The notes under the pieces were generated by a model. That model had not been told where the DNA came from, did no database searches, and was given only the letters and a program-made list of their open reading frames with translations. Both the position numbers and the translations under genes were made by a program. A stretch of DNA of 64,000 nt from an uncultured Acidimicrobiales bacterium (GTDB lineage: Bacteria; Actinomycetota; Acidimicrobiia; Acidimicrobiales; SHLQ01), in the NCBI GenBank assembly GCA_938038785.1, contig CALHTB010000054.1:465-64464 (forward strand), in the 5' to 3' direction. Positions 39,357 through 50,333 of this stretch are shown piece by piece (position 1 is the stretch's first letter; every line of letters begins with the position of its first letter).

Positions 39357-40121
39357 CTAGACGGCGACGTAGACACTGACAGCATTGCCGCTGTTGTCGG
39401 TGATGGCTGCGCCATCCCAATCGGCGGTTCGTTGACCGAGACGGAACCCAGCCTTAGCTGCCATTGCGTCGAGTTGGGCGAGGGTCGCATAGCGGATCTT
39501 CCACGGGCGCATCCGAACCCCAGCATTGGAGAATTCGATGTGCTGGCCGGTGATCTGTTGCTCGTCCACATCGCGGATGGTTGCGGTGAGCACGGCCGTG
39601 TCCACGTCGATCGACCGGGTGGTGACCATAGCGTCGAGCGCCGGGTCCGGGTCGGCCGGGATCATGGCTTCAACGATCAGGCGTCCACCCAGCCGTAGTG
39701 CCCGGCGACTCTCGTCAAGACATGCCTGCTGGCCGTGTTCGGAATGCAAGTTGAAGAGCGTGTTCGTGGCGACCAACACGGTATCGAACGATTCTGACCG
39801 AACCGGGAGGACGGCCATGTCTGCACCCACCGCCCACGAGCGATCGGCAGAGCGAAATCGTTCGAGCATCGAGACCGATGCATCCACGCCAACCACGAAA
39901 TGGCCTGACGCGGCGATTTTCAGCGACAGTCGACCGGTGCCAACCCCGAGCTCGAGAACGCGCTGGCTGGGCCCGAAGCGAGAGATGAACGCCGCTGTTG
40001 CTTCGGCATCGGACACGTCGTCGTACCACTCGTCGTAGACATCGGCGAAGCTCTCGCCGTATCGCTCGGGACCGAACGGGTCATTTCCTTGAGGAACCAT
40101 CTGTCGTGTGGGGTCTGGCAC
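39357..40121 (-). CDS. Class I SAM-dependent methyltransferase
   Basis: ADVYDEWY, VLELGVGTGR, GVDAS motifs. Confidence 0.9.
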   Translation of the reverse strand: MPDPTRQMVPQGNDPFGPERYGESFADVYDEWYDDVSDAEATAAFISRFGPSQRVLELGVGTGRLSLKIAASGHFVVGVDASVSMLERFRSADRSWAVGADMAVLPVRSESFDTVLVATNTLFNLHSEHGQQACLDESRRALRLGGRLIVEAMIPADPDPALDAMVTTRSIDVDTAVLTATIRDVDEQQITGQHIEFSNAGVRMRPWKIRYATLAQLDAMAAKAGFRLGQRTADWDGAAITDNSGNAVSVYVAV

Positions 40122-40138
40122 CGACTAAGAATGGCGCA

Positions 40139-41047
40139 GTGACCGGCGCACAATCCAACGGAGCGCCGGGGCGGCCAGAACTCGTCCCGGGCGCAGAAGA
40201 GCTTCCCCCGCTGGTGGCGCGCTCTCCCCTGGGCATCTTCGACGAGGCAATGACGTTCATTCGGATACGTCCGCGTCAACTGTTGGCGATCGCCTGCATG
40301 CTTATGATTCCTGCAAAAGCGCTCGCAGCGTTGGTGCCAGGATCGATCCTTCGTCGAGCACGACCAGAGCAGGCGATCGACCTCATCCTCGAGAATGTGC
40401 TCGGGGTCGATTCGATCCTCGCCAACCTGATCTCCTTCGGGCTCGAGTCCCTTGCGCTCTTCCTCATCGCGGTGATGTACGGCGAGCTCGCTGCTGCGTG
40501 GTTCGTCGGCCAAGCGCCAACCACGCGGGAAGTGTTCGGAAGAACATTCAGGCGTATTCACAAGCTCCTGATCGTCTGGATCATCGCCAAGATCGTCATT
40601 GTTGGCGGAGGGATTGTTGGCTTTGGGGCTGCTGGTTTGCTCGTCGCCGTACTTCTCTCGGTTGCAGCGCCGCTCATGGGCGCCGAACGGATGAAGGTGA
40701 AACAAGTCCTGCAGCGGAGCGCCAATCTGGCGTCGGCAAAGCTCGGTCAGACCGGGCTTGTGTTCATCATCACCGGTGTCGGCGCATTCATCATCCGGTT
40801 GGCTATCAAGCAGTCGCCCTCACTTATTTTGAGCCAGTTCACCGGCCAGTCGCGTCCGCCAGACTGGATCATCTTCGGCATCTCCGATGTGGCCGGGGCA
40901 GTCTTCGCTGCAGCGTTCCTTGCTGCGGCGTCGGTGGTGCTGTATCTCGACTTGCGGGTGCGCCGCGAAGGCATCGATCTCGACCTTGCGATCGGTCGGA
41001 CGTTCCCTCGGAATCGGGCGCGTCGAATTGGAGCGGGCCGTGGCTGA
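40139..41047 (+). CDS. Membrane protein of the MoxR-associated cluster
   Basis: Multiple TM segments and C-terminal LYLDLRVRREGIDL motif. Confidence 0.82.
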   Translation: MTGAQSNGAPGRPELVPGAEELPPLVARSPLGIFDEAMTFIRIRPRQLLAIACMLMIPAKALAALVPGSILRRARPEQAIDLILENVLGVDSILANLISFGLESLALFLIAVMYGELAAAWFVGQAPTTREVFGRTFRRIHKLLIVWIIAKIVIVGGGIVGFGAAGLLVAVLLSVAAPLMGAERMKVKQVLQRSANLASAKLGQTGLVFIITGVGAFIIRLAIKQSPSLILSQFTGQSRPPDWIIFGISDVAGAVFAAAFLAAASVVLYLDLRVRREGIDLDLAIGRTFPRNRARRIGAGRG

Positions 41048-41672
41048 GGTAACGAACGAAGAAGCCAACGACCTGGCCGACGAAATTCTTCGGCGAGACG
41101 AATTTCTCGCCGCTGGTGAACCGGGTCCGGCCACCCGCGCCCTGAACTGGGTCGGAGAACAAATCGCCGACTTCTTTGGCTGGTTGTTTGGCGGCTTCGG
41201 TGGAATTGGTGGTGAAGCGGGAAGGGTCCTCGCCACGATCTTGGTTGTGCTCGCCGGCCTACTGTTCTGCTTTGCCTTGTATCGGGCCATCGCCAACCGC
41301 AAACCAAAGGCAAAGAAGGAAAGCTCCGACGGCACCAGAGTCGTCTTTGACGAGGTCGTCGAACCATCTGCGCTTCGTGACCAACTGGCGCGCCTGCGGT
41401 CGTCGGGGGATTGGCGTGGGGCGGTCGTGGCAGGGTTTCGCCTGGCCGTTGTTGGGCTGATCGACCAGAACATCGCCCGAGAGGTTGCGGGGGCCACAAC
41501 AGGCGACTTCGCCAGCGCAGTACAACAGCACCGTCCGGAGCTCCTCGATACGTATCAGCCGGCGGCGGCGGCGTTCGAGCGGGCGTTCTACAGCGACCTC
41601 GAGGTTCGCCAAGCCGATCTTGGCGATGTCGAACGGCTGCTCGAACGTCTCCAGACGGTGGGGGCACGATGA
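41040..41672 (+). CDS. DUF4129 domain-containing protein
   Basis: One TM segment; GDWRGAV...GATTGD...FERAFY pattern; operon context. Confidence 0.78.
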   Translation: MAEVTNEEANDLADEILRRDEFLAAGEPGPATRALNWVGEQIADFFGWLFGGFGGIGGEAGRVLATILVVLAGLLFCFALYRAIANRKPKAKKESSDGTRVVFDEVVEPSALRDQLARLRSSGDWRGAVVAGFRLAVVGLIDQNIAREVAGATTGDFASAVQQHRPELLDTYQPAAAAFERAFYSDLEVRQADLGDVERLLERLQTVGAR

Positions 41673-43119
41673 CCTCTCCCGCAGTTCCGCGCCAGCAGGC
41701 ATCGCCAATCTTGTGGTTTGGGCTGCTTGCGCTCGCTGGCCTCGTGATTCTCTTTGCACTCGCCACCCGCAACGACCCGAACATCGGAGGCGAAGCCGAC
41801 CCCGACGGTGTTGGCCCGAACGGGCTGCTGGCAGCCCGCCTGTTCGTCGAGGAGGCCGGCGGCAACACGCAGCGCAACGTGGGTTTGCCCGAAGAAGATG
41901 TTGACGTGGCGATTCTCGCCGGGCAGGGCCCGGTCCTTCCACCCTTCAGTGCCGATGACACAACGGTGCTTTCGTGGCAGCCCTTGCTCGATTGGGTTCG
42001 CAACGGGGGCACCCTTATCACGACCTATGACCTCCCCAACGCGCCGAAGGGCGGCACTGCCTTTGTCGACGGTGAGCTCGGCGATCTCCTCGTCGCACGT
42101 GGTGAATGCACCGACCCGTCGCTCCCAGGGCTAACCGAGGTCCGTCCGCTGGACTACATCCCCGTCGAGGTCGGCGCCGACGACACGTCCTGCTTCGGCT
42201 CATCAGAGCAATCGCTGGTCGTCATCCGACAGTTCGGTGAAGGCCGGGTGGTGCGTGTCGGCACGATGGCACTGTTCTACAACCGGTCTCTGAACAGGGC
42301 TGATAACGCTGCGCTCTTCGCTCGCCTCATTGGCATCGATGACGCGCCAACCGTCGGCTTTGTGCCCGACCCACCGGTGTGGTTTGTGCTCGACGACGAG
42401 GCCGAGATCGAGATCGATGGTCCCGGTGACGGAGACGAGGCAAGCGGTTCGGGCGATGACGAACCCGAGTCGATCTTCGACGAACTCCTTGGCGAGAGCC
42501 CGTTCGGCGACGACCCGCCCCTCGAGCTCGACGAGGAAGGGAACCCGATTCCCTTTGATGGCGGCGGTGGTCTTGGAGGTGGCGGGTTTGGCGGCGACCA
42601 GCCCGTCGACGAGGACGGTAACCCGGTTGGAGCTGGCGACCAGACGCTTCTCGATCTCGTCGACCCCGCAGTGCTGGCGCTTATTGCTGGGCTGACGGGC
42701 GCAGCGATTCTGTACGCCATCACGGTTGGTCGCCGACATGGCTCGCCGATCTCCGAAGAGGTTCCAATCGAGCTGCCGAGTTCTAGTTACGTCGAGGCCA
42801 CAGGTCGCCTGTTCGGAAAGACCGAAGATGCAACCGGCCGTAGCTCGGCAATTTTGCGGCACGACCTACGCACCGATCTGGCGCGGCGCGTCGGTATGGC
42901 GTCGGACTCGTCAGCCCAGGACATCGCTACAGCGCTCGTCGCAGGCGACCAGCAGGCCGCGATCATTCACATGCTCGACGGCCCGCCTCCAGCCAACGAC
43001 GACGAGTTCGTTGCGCTGGCAACCCAACTCATCGAGACACGCGATCGCATCGAGCGAAGCGGTGTCGCCACCCTTGCAACCAGCGAGGAATTCTCTCTCG
43101 TCACCGAAAGGACGACCTG

Positions 43120-43120
<1 letters not shown>
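41669..43120 (+). CDS. DUF4350 domain-containing protein with long acidic insertion
   Basis: DPDGVGPNG, WVRNGGTL, ADNAALF, GRRHGSP...EATGRL patterns; operon context. Confidence 0.78.
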
Positions 43121-44283
<1,163 letters not shown>

Positions 44284-44289
44284 CCCCAC

Positions 44290-45591
44290 ATGGTCTTTCA
44301 ACCCCGACTGGCGCTGTTCGCAGCCCTACTGACCCCAGCGGTCTTCTTGTTTCCCGAGCATCCCTGGTGGGCGCTGCTCGGGATTGCCGTCGTGGTGGCG
44401 TTGGTCTGGTTGATCGATTGGTTGTTGACGGTTTCGCCCAACGACATTCGGGTCGAGCGTTCGACGCCGTCGTCGATCACCCTCGATCGCAGCGGCACCG
44501 TGTCGTGGCAGGTGACCAACGTTTCTGACCGGACAGCCCGGCTGAAGCTGGCCGACGGGTTGGCGCCGTCACTAATGGCCGACGCTCGACGTGCATCGAT
44601 CGACCTCGATGGCACCCGCACCGCCACCGTCGAGACCGACCTGCATCCGATACGCCGGGGTCGCTTTGCGTTGGGTGAACTGGTCATACGCATCGACGGG
44701 CCGCTTGGCTTTGGTGGCCGCCAGCAGACTCGGTGGGAGCCTGACGAACTGCGGGTCTTCCCGCGTTTCCCAAGTCGCGCCGAGGCCGAACTGCGACTTC
44801 GGCGCAGCCGACTCGACATGGGCCTGCGGTCGGCTCGAATGCGCGGCGGCGGTTCCGAGTTCGAGCAGCTACGAGACTTCACCCCCGACGACGAGTTCCG
44901 CAAGATCGACTGGTCGGCGACCGCCCGCGCCAACCGCATGATCGTGCGCACGTACCGAACCGAACGCAACCAGACGGTGATCAACGTCATGGACAACGGC
45001 CGGCTCATGGCCGGTCAGGTGGCGGGGGTTCCTCGCGTCGAGCATGCAATGGACGCAATCATGGCCCTCACGACCGTGTCGATCGGGCTCGGCGACCGCA
45101 CCGGGTTGCTCATTTTCGACGGTGATGTCCGGGCCACCGTGCCGGCGTCGGCTCGGTCGACCCAGCTCAGTCGCATCATCAACGCAATGTTCGATCTCGA
45201 GCCGGTGCTCGCCGAGAGCGACTACCACGGTGCCTTCACCGAAACCCTGACGCGGTTCAGCCGACGCACGATGCTGGTGATCCACACTGAACTCGTCGAA
45301 CAAACGCTGAACGAGTTCCTGCTGCCCGCCCTTCCGTTGCTGACGCGCTCTCACGTCGTCGTTCTGGCCACGGTGCGCGATCCGCAGGTCGACGAGTGGG
45401 CGTCGATGGTGCCCAAGAACGCGGAAGAGGCGCATCGCCATGCGGCATCACGGGCGTCGCTAGCCGAGCGCGAACGAACGATTCGCGAACTCCGCCGAAA
45501 CGGCGCAGCGGTCATCGATGCAGTGCCCGGCAAGCTCGCGGCCAGGCTGATGGATCACTACCTCGACGTAAAGGCTCGCGGAAAGCTCTAG
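44290..45591 (+). CDS. DUF58 domain-containing protein
   Basis: GGSEFEQLRDF...DEFRKIDWSATAR motif; directly downstream of moxR. Confidence 0.9.
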   Translation: MVFQPRLALFAALLTPAVFLFPEHPWWALLGIAVVVALVWLIDWLLTVSPNDIRVERSTPSSITLDRSGTVSWQVTNVSDRTARLKLADGLAPSLMADARRASIDLDGTRTATVETDLHPIRRGRFALGELVIRIDGPLGFGGRQQTRWEPDELRVFPRFPSRAEAELRLRRSRLDMGLRSARMRGGGSEFEQLRDFTPDDEFRKIDWSATARANRMIVRTYRTERNQTVINVMDNGRLMAGQVAGVPRVEHAMDAIMALTTVSIGLGDRTGLLIFDGDVRATVPASARSTQLSRIINAMFDLEPVLAESDYHGAFTETLTRFSRRTMLVIHTELVEQTLNEFLLPALPLLTRSHVVVLATVRDPQVDEWASMVPKNAEEAHRHAASRASLAERERTIRELRRNGAAVIDAVPGKLAARLMDHYLDVKARGKL

Positions 45592-46622
45592 CTGGTTTCG
45601 GTTTCGACAGGTGAGTCGAGCTCTTCAATGCGCACTGGCCGCTGAACCACCGAGCCGGTGTAGCCCCGAGCCATCGCTGCTGGGCCGAGGGCAAAGATGT
45701 ACGACCAGAACGCCAGGAACGCCGCGGCGCCGATTGATACTCGGGCCCAGGTGTCGAGCGGCGATGGGGTGACAAAGCCCTCGATGAGGCCGGCGCAGAT
45801 AAATACGACGATGAGACCGATGACGATCGAGGCCGCCCGCTTGGCTTCCTCGGTGAGGGCGTCGCCCCGGGTGCGATCGCCGGGCTTGATGAGCGCCCAG
45901 CCCATCTGCATCCCCGCACCACCGGCCACCAGGATCGCGCTGATCTCGAGGAGCCCGTGGGGCAAGATCAGGCCCCAGAACTTCGGTGCCTCGCCGGCGG
46001 CATAGAACAGGCCCGCTGCGAATCCCAGGTTGGCCCCGTTGAACGCGAGGATGAGCACGGTGGGAAACATCCACATGATGCCGATGACGAACGCAAGGAA
46101 CGACACCTGAATGTTGTTGATCAACACGCGCGTGGCGAACTCTGAAGCTGGCGCCGACGAGTAGTAGGCCTCAAAATCCTCTTCGACGTAGGCCTCTCGT
46201 AACCCCGGCGGTGCAAGGGCTTCGATGGCGGCATCGGAATTCGCAAGCCATACGGCGGTGACGACGGCCGGGATGACGAACGCAAGCGTCGACAGGAAGA
46301 TGAACACCCGCGCTGACCAGACGGCCGCAGGGAATGTGGACGAGAAGAACGAGATGAATGCACCGCGTGCCTTTGGCTGAGCGCCATAGATGACGGCTCG
46401 GGCACCGGACACGATGCGCGTGAGTCGCTGCGTTACCAGAGGGTCTGCATAGGTGGTGCGCACGTGGGACAGGTGAGCAGAGGCTCGTTGGTAACGGGCC
46501 AACAACTCGTCGAGCTCCTCGCCCTTGAGCTTGCGACGCTTCTTCTGCGCTTCGGCCACGAGCTCCTCAAGCCGTTGCCACTCAGCATTGTTTGCCATGA
46601 CGTAGCTGTCGAGGGTGCGCAC
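45588..46622 (-). CDS. Stage II sporulation protein M (SpoIIM/DUF95) family membrane protein
   Basis: NNIQV, LILPHGLLE, AGLIEGFVTPS motifs. GTG start has TACCGT 7 nt upstream. Confidence 0.9.
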   Translation of the reverse strand: MRTLDSYVMANNAEWQRLEELVAEAQKKRRKLKGEELDELLARYQRASAHLSHVRTTYADPLVTQRLTRIVSGARAVIYGAQPKARGAFISFFSSTFPAAVWSARVFIFLSTLAFVIPAVVTAVWLANSDAAIEALAPPGLREAYVEEDFEAYYSSAPASEFATRVLINNIQVSFLAFVIGIMWMFPTVLILAFNGANLGFAAGLFYAAGEAPKFWGLILPHGLLEISAILVAGGAGMQMGWALIKPGDRTRGDALTEEAKRAASIVIGLIVVFICAGLIEGFVTPSPLDTWARVSIGAAAFLAFWSYIFALGPAAMARGYTGSVVQRPVRIEELDSPVETETS

Positions 46623-46674
46623 AGAGATCACGGTAGTGCGCCTACGGTGGTGGCGTGGCCAACGGAACGCATTC

Positions 46675-47451
46675 ATGACCGCCGCCGTCAACGCAGGACG
46701 AGGCATCGTCACGCCCCAGGGGGTCGTCCTCGACCTCGAGGCGGCAGGTGTGGGTCATCGCGCCATGGCCCGGCTTATCGACACCACCATCGTTGGTTTC
46801 GCGCTCATCGCAATCGTTCAGCTCTTGCAGCTCACCAACCTCATCGACGGCACCTTGTCGTTCATCGTTCAGGTCGTTGGCACGTTCCTGGTTTTCTTCT
46901 GGTATCCAATCATCGCCGAGACGTACTTTCGAGGCCGTACCATCGGCAAGTTTGCGGTGGGGCTGCGAGTCGTGACCCTCGAAGCCGGGCCGATCGGTTT
47001 TCGTGAGGCCTTTATTCGGTCGCTGTTTCAGCTAGTTGACATGGTGATGACCTACGGAGCATTGGCGTTGCTGTGCGGCATGTTCACCAAGCGATCCCAA
47101 CGCCTTGGTGACCTCGCTGCCGGAACCTTTGTCATCCGAGACCCGCGGGTTGTGTCGCACGTACCGGCGGTTCCGTTCACGCCTCCCATGGGTACCGAGC
47201 AGATCGTTGCGCACATGGACGTCATGAAGCTCAAGCCCAAACAAGAGCGCATCATCCGGTCGTTTCTGCTTCGTGTTGCCGAGCTGTCTGGGCCAGCGCG
47301 GGTTGATCTTGGCAATCGCTTGGCCGCAGCCACCTCCGAGCACCTCGGACATCCGCAAGGGTTCGGCCTGGCCCCCGAAACGTACCTTGTTGCGGTGCTA
47401 GCAGCAGCGCAGCTTCGTGACGGTGGTCTGGCGCAGCTCGCGATCAAATAG
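46675..47451 (+). CDS. RDD family protein
   Basis: AGVGHRAMARLID, GRTIGK..GLRVV, QRLGDLAAGT motifs. Confidence 0.92.
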   Translation: MTAAVNAGRGIVTPQGVVLDLEAAGVGHRAMARLIDTTIVGFALIAIVQLLQLTNLIDGTLSFIVQVVGTFLVFFWYPIIAETYFRGRTIGKFAVGLRVVTLEAGPIGFREAFIRSLFQLVDMVMTYGALALLCGMFTKRSQRLGDLAAGTFVIRDPRVVSHVPAVPFTPPMGTEQIVAHMDVMKLKPKQERIIRSFLLRVAELSGPARVDLGNRLAAATSEHLGHPQGFGLAPETYLVAVLAAAQLRDGGLAQLAIK

Positions 47452-47470
47452 TCAGCCCTAGCCTGGAGCT

Positions 47471-48595
47471 GTGTCCGCTTACCTCGACCACGCCGCATCA
47501 TCGCCGCTTCGCCCCGAAGCGCTCGACGCGATGCTGCCGTGGTTCTCCGAACAACACGCGAACCCAACGGCGTCGCATCGCCGTGGTCGACGCGCCCGTC
47601 AAGCCCTCGACGAAGCACGTGGCGTGCTGGCCGAAGCCACTGGTTTCACCCGAGGCGAAGTTGTGTTCACCGGCGGCGGAACCGAATCGGACAACCTCGC
47701 TATCGGTCGCAATCGACCCAGTGGTTCGATCATCGTTGGTGCCACCGAGCACCCTGCAGTCCTCGAACCCGCCGTCCGTCAAGGGGCCCACATTGCTCCG
47801 GTCAACTCGCGCGGTGTCGTCACCGCCGATGCAGTCGCGGCGCTTGTGACCGAGGCGACCGAAGTGGTGTCGGTTATGGCGGTCAACAACGAAACCGGGG
47901 TCGAGCAACCCATCGCGGCTATTGCGGCAGCCGTACACGAGCAGGCGCCCGACGCCCTGGTGCACTCCGACGCCGTGCAAGCACTTCCGTGGCTCGACCT
48001 AACAACCGCGGCAGAAGGTGTCGACATGCTGTCGGTCACCGGCCACAAGTTGGGCGGCCCGCAAGGCGTTGGTGCTGTGGTAGTCCGTGACGGCAAGATG
48101 CCCGAACCCCTGCTCGTCGGTGGGGGACAAGAACGCGACCGTCGGGCCGGCACCCAGAATGTTGCGGGCATCATCGGCTTCGCCGCCGCCGTCCAAGCCT
48201 CGATCGACGACCGGACCGAACGGCTTGCCCGCATCGACCGCCTCGCTACGCGGCTGCTCGATGGTCTTGTCGACCAGATCGATGGACTGGCCCCAACGGT
48301 CGATCGTTCGGTTCGGGTGCCCGGTATCGTCCACGTGTGCATCCCCGGTATCACCAGCGAACCGCTGCTGTTCCTGCTCGACGAACAGAGCCTCGCCTGT
48401 TCTGCCGCGTCGTCGTGTGCAAGTGGTGCCCAAGGTGCGTCACATGTGCTCGACGCCATGGGCGTCGACGCGGTCAACACCGCGCCACTTCGACTGTCTC
48501 TCGGCTGGTCGACCACTGACGCCGACATCGACGATGCGCTTCGGCTCATCCCCGCTGCGGTCGACCAATTGCGATCCGGGGGCCGACATGGCTGA
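47471..48595 (+). CDS. iscS: Cysteine desulfurase (IscS/NifS class I)
   Basis: YLDHAAS, FTGGGTESDN, NNETG, GHKLGGP, GGGQE..RRAGT, SAASSCAS motifs; overlaps mnmA. Confidence 0.9.
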   Translation: MSAYLDHAASSPLRPEALDAMLPWFSEQHANPTASHRRGRRARQALDEARGVLAEATGFTRGEVVFTGGGTESDNLAIGRNRPSGSIIVGATEHPAVLEPAVRQGAHIAPVNSRGVVTADAVAALVTEATEVVSVMAVNNETGVEQPIAAIAAAVHEQAPDALVHSDAVQALPWLDLTTAAEGVDMLSVTGHKLGGPQGVGAVVVRDGKMPEPLLVGGGQERDRRAGTQNVAGIIGFAAAVQASIDDRTERLARIDRLATRLLDGLVDQIDGLAPTVDRSVRVPGIVHVCIPGITSEPLLFLLDEQSLACSAASSCASGAQGASHVLDAMGVDAVNTAPLRLSLGWSTTDADIDDALRLIPAAVDQLRSGGRHG

Positions 48596-49619
48596 ACGTG
48601 TACTGGTCGGCATGTCCGGGGGAGTCGACTCCTCTGTCGCCGCGGCATTGCTCGTCGAACAGGGCTTCGACGTTGTAGGTGTCACGATGAAGCTATGGGG
48701 CGGCGAGTCGGACTCGGGCTGCTGCTCGGTCTCTGATGTCGACGACGCCCGGTGGGTGGCAAACCAACTCGGCATCGAACATCACGTGTTCAACTTCGGT
48801 GACGAGTTCAACGAGCATGTCGTCAACCCATTCGTCGATACCCATCGCACCGGGGGCACACCGAACCCATGCATCGAATGCAACCGCCACATCAAATTCG
48901 ATCTCTTCTTCGACCGGGCGTCTGTGCTGGGGTTCGACCGAATCGCCACCGGCCACTATGCCCGGATCGCCACGCTTGACGACGGCACCTTCCGCATGCA
49001 ACGCAGCATCGACCCGCTAAAGGACCAGAGCTACGTGCTCCACATGCTTGGTCAAGATGTGCTCGCCCGCGTCCTGTTGCCAATCGGCGGGTGGCACAAG
49101 CCCGACCTGCGCGCTGAGGCCGAACGACGAGGCCTAGTCACCGCAGGCAAGCCCGACAGCCAAGACGTCTGCTTCATCACCAAGGACGGTGGGCGTGAGG
49201 ATTTCCTCGCAGCACGCGGTGGCTTGACCCCGGGTGTGATTCTCACCGAAGACGGAAAGCAGGTCGGCGAAGTGCCAGCGACCGAGCTCGTGACCATTGG
49301 ACAGCGCAAGGGTTTGAACGTCTCAGGAATGAGCGAGCCGCAATTCGTGGTCGATGTGAATCTGCAAGAGTCCATCGTCACCATTGGTCCCCGCCGCTCG
49401 CTGCAGGACATAGAGACCGGCTTCACCCAACCGGTGTGGGCCCACGAACCATTCACCGGCGATGCCCTAGTGCAAGCCAGCGCGCACGGCACAGCGTTCC
49501 CAGCAATCGTCGAGTTCGACCGCGTCGTATGGCACAAGAACCGTGACCGCATCGCCCCCGGCCAAAGCCTCGTCTTCTACGACAACGACCTCGTCATCGG
49601 CGGAGCAATCGCCACCTAA
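48588..49619 (+). CDS. mnmA: tRNA 2-thiouridine(34) synthase
   Basis: MSGGVDSS, TPNPCIECN, ATGHYA, KDQSY, KPDSQDVCF, TIGQRKG motifs. Confidence 0.96.
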   Translation: MAERVLVGMSGGVDSSVAAALLVEQGFDVVGVTMKLWGGESDSGCCSVSDVDDARWVANQLGIEHHVFNFGDEFNEHVVNPFVDTHRTGGTPNPCIECNRHIKFDLFFDRASVLGFDRIATGHYARIATLDDGTFRMQRSIDPLKDQSYVLHMLGQDVLARVLLPIGGWHKPDLRAEAERRGLVTAGKPDSQDVCFITKDGGREDFLAARGGLTPGVILTEDGKQVGEVPATELVTIGQRKGLNVSGMSEPQFVVDVNLQESIVTIGPRRSLQDIETGFTQPVWAHEPFTGDALVQASAHGTAFPAIVEFDRVVWHKNRDRIAPGQSLVFYDNDLVIGGAIAT

Positions 49620-49622
49620 TCG

Positions 49623-49679
49623 CCTTTATGGGGCCTGTCCCCATAAAGGTGTCTTTACGGGGACAGGCCCTATAAAGAC
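49623..49679. repeat. Inverted REP doublet downstream of the RAYT
   Basis: cctttatggggcctgtccccataaagg and gtctttacggggacaggccctataaagac. Confidence 0.92.
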
Positions 49680-49686
49680 GTTCGCG

Positions 49687-50256
49687 TTAGCCGGCAATTT
49701 GGTCGTCTTCGCCGAAGTTGATGGTCGGCGTTGCTTCGTTGAAGAGGCGAAAGCTCGCTTGATCATTGCCGAAGAGACCCAAAAGTAGGTCGGTGCACAT
49801 CCACTCGGGGGAGTGGGCTAAGCCGAGGTAGATACCGAAGCTCGACCACCGGTACGTGTCGAGCTCGGTGACACCAATGTCCTTCGGGTTTTGGTGGACG
49901 TATCGAACAGCGCTCATTAGATAGGGCTCGCTATCGATTGGGCTGTTGAAGAACCGGTCCTTGCAGAGCCTGCCGTCATAGCCATACCGGCGGTTGATGG
50001 CAGTGGCGTAACACATACCAATCCAGTGCATGACGTTCGACATGTTTCGCTCAGGGAACTGCGCGATGAGGTGGTAGTGATTGCCCATCAACGCGAATGC
50101 ATGGATGATGACACCGAACTTCGTGTGCGCCAGTCCAAGCAAATGTAGGAATAGATCTCGATCGATGTCGTCGAGGTAGATGTCGGATCGCCGCGCCCCA
50201 CGGTTTGTGATGTGGTGGAACTCAGCTTCGGGTTGATTGCGTGGTTTTCGTGCCAT
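49687..50256 (-). mobile_element. REP-associated tyrosine transposase (RAYT, IS200/IS605 Y1 HUH superfamily)
   Basis: MARKPR...HHITNRG, LMGNHYHL (HUH), RYVHQNP (catalytic Tyr), YRWSS; flanked by REPs. Confidence 0.92.
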
Positions 50257-50262
50257 TTCGCC

Positions 50263-50284
50263 ACCGTACGTGGCGGGTGTGACA
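50263..50284 (-). promoter_or_regulatory. Putative PafBC/RecA-NDp-type promoter, leaderless
   Basis: Minus strand reads TGTCAC-ACCCGCCACG-TACGGT-GGCGAA-ATG. Confidence 0.6.
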
Positions 50285-50301
50285 CGACGTGCACGAATCG
50301 G

Positions 50302-50326
50302 CTTTATGGGGACAGGCCCCATATAG
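50302..50326. repeat. REP element upstream of the RAYT
   Basis: ctttatggggacaggccccatatag. Confidence 0.9.
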
Positions 50327-50333
50327 ATGAGGC

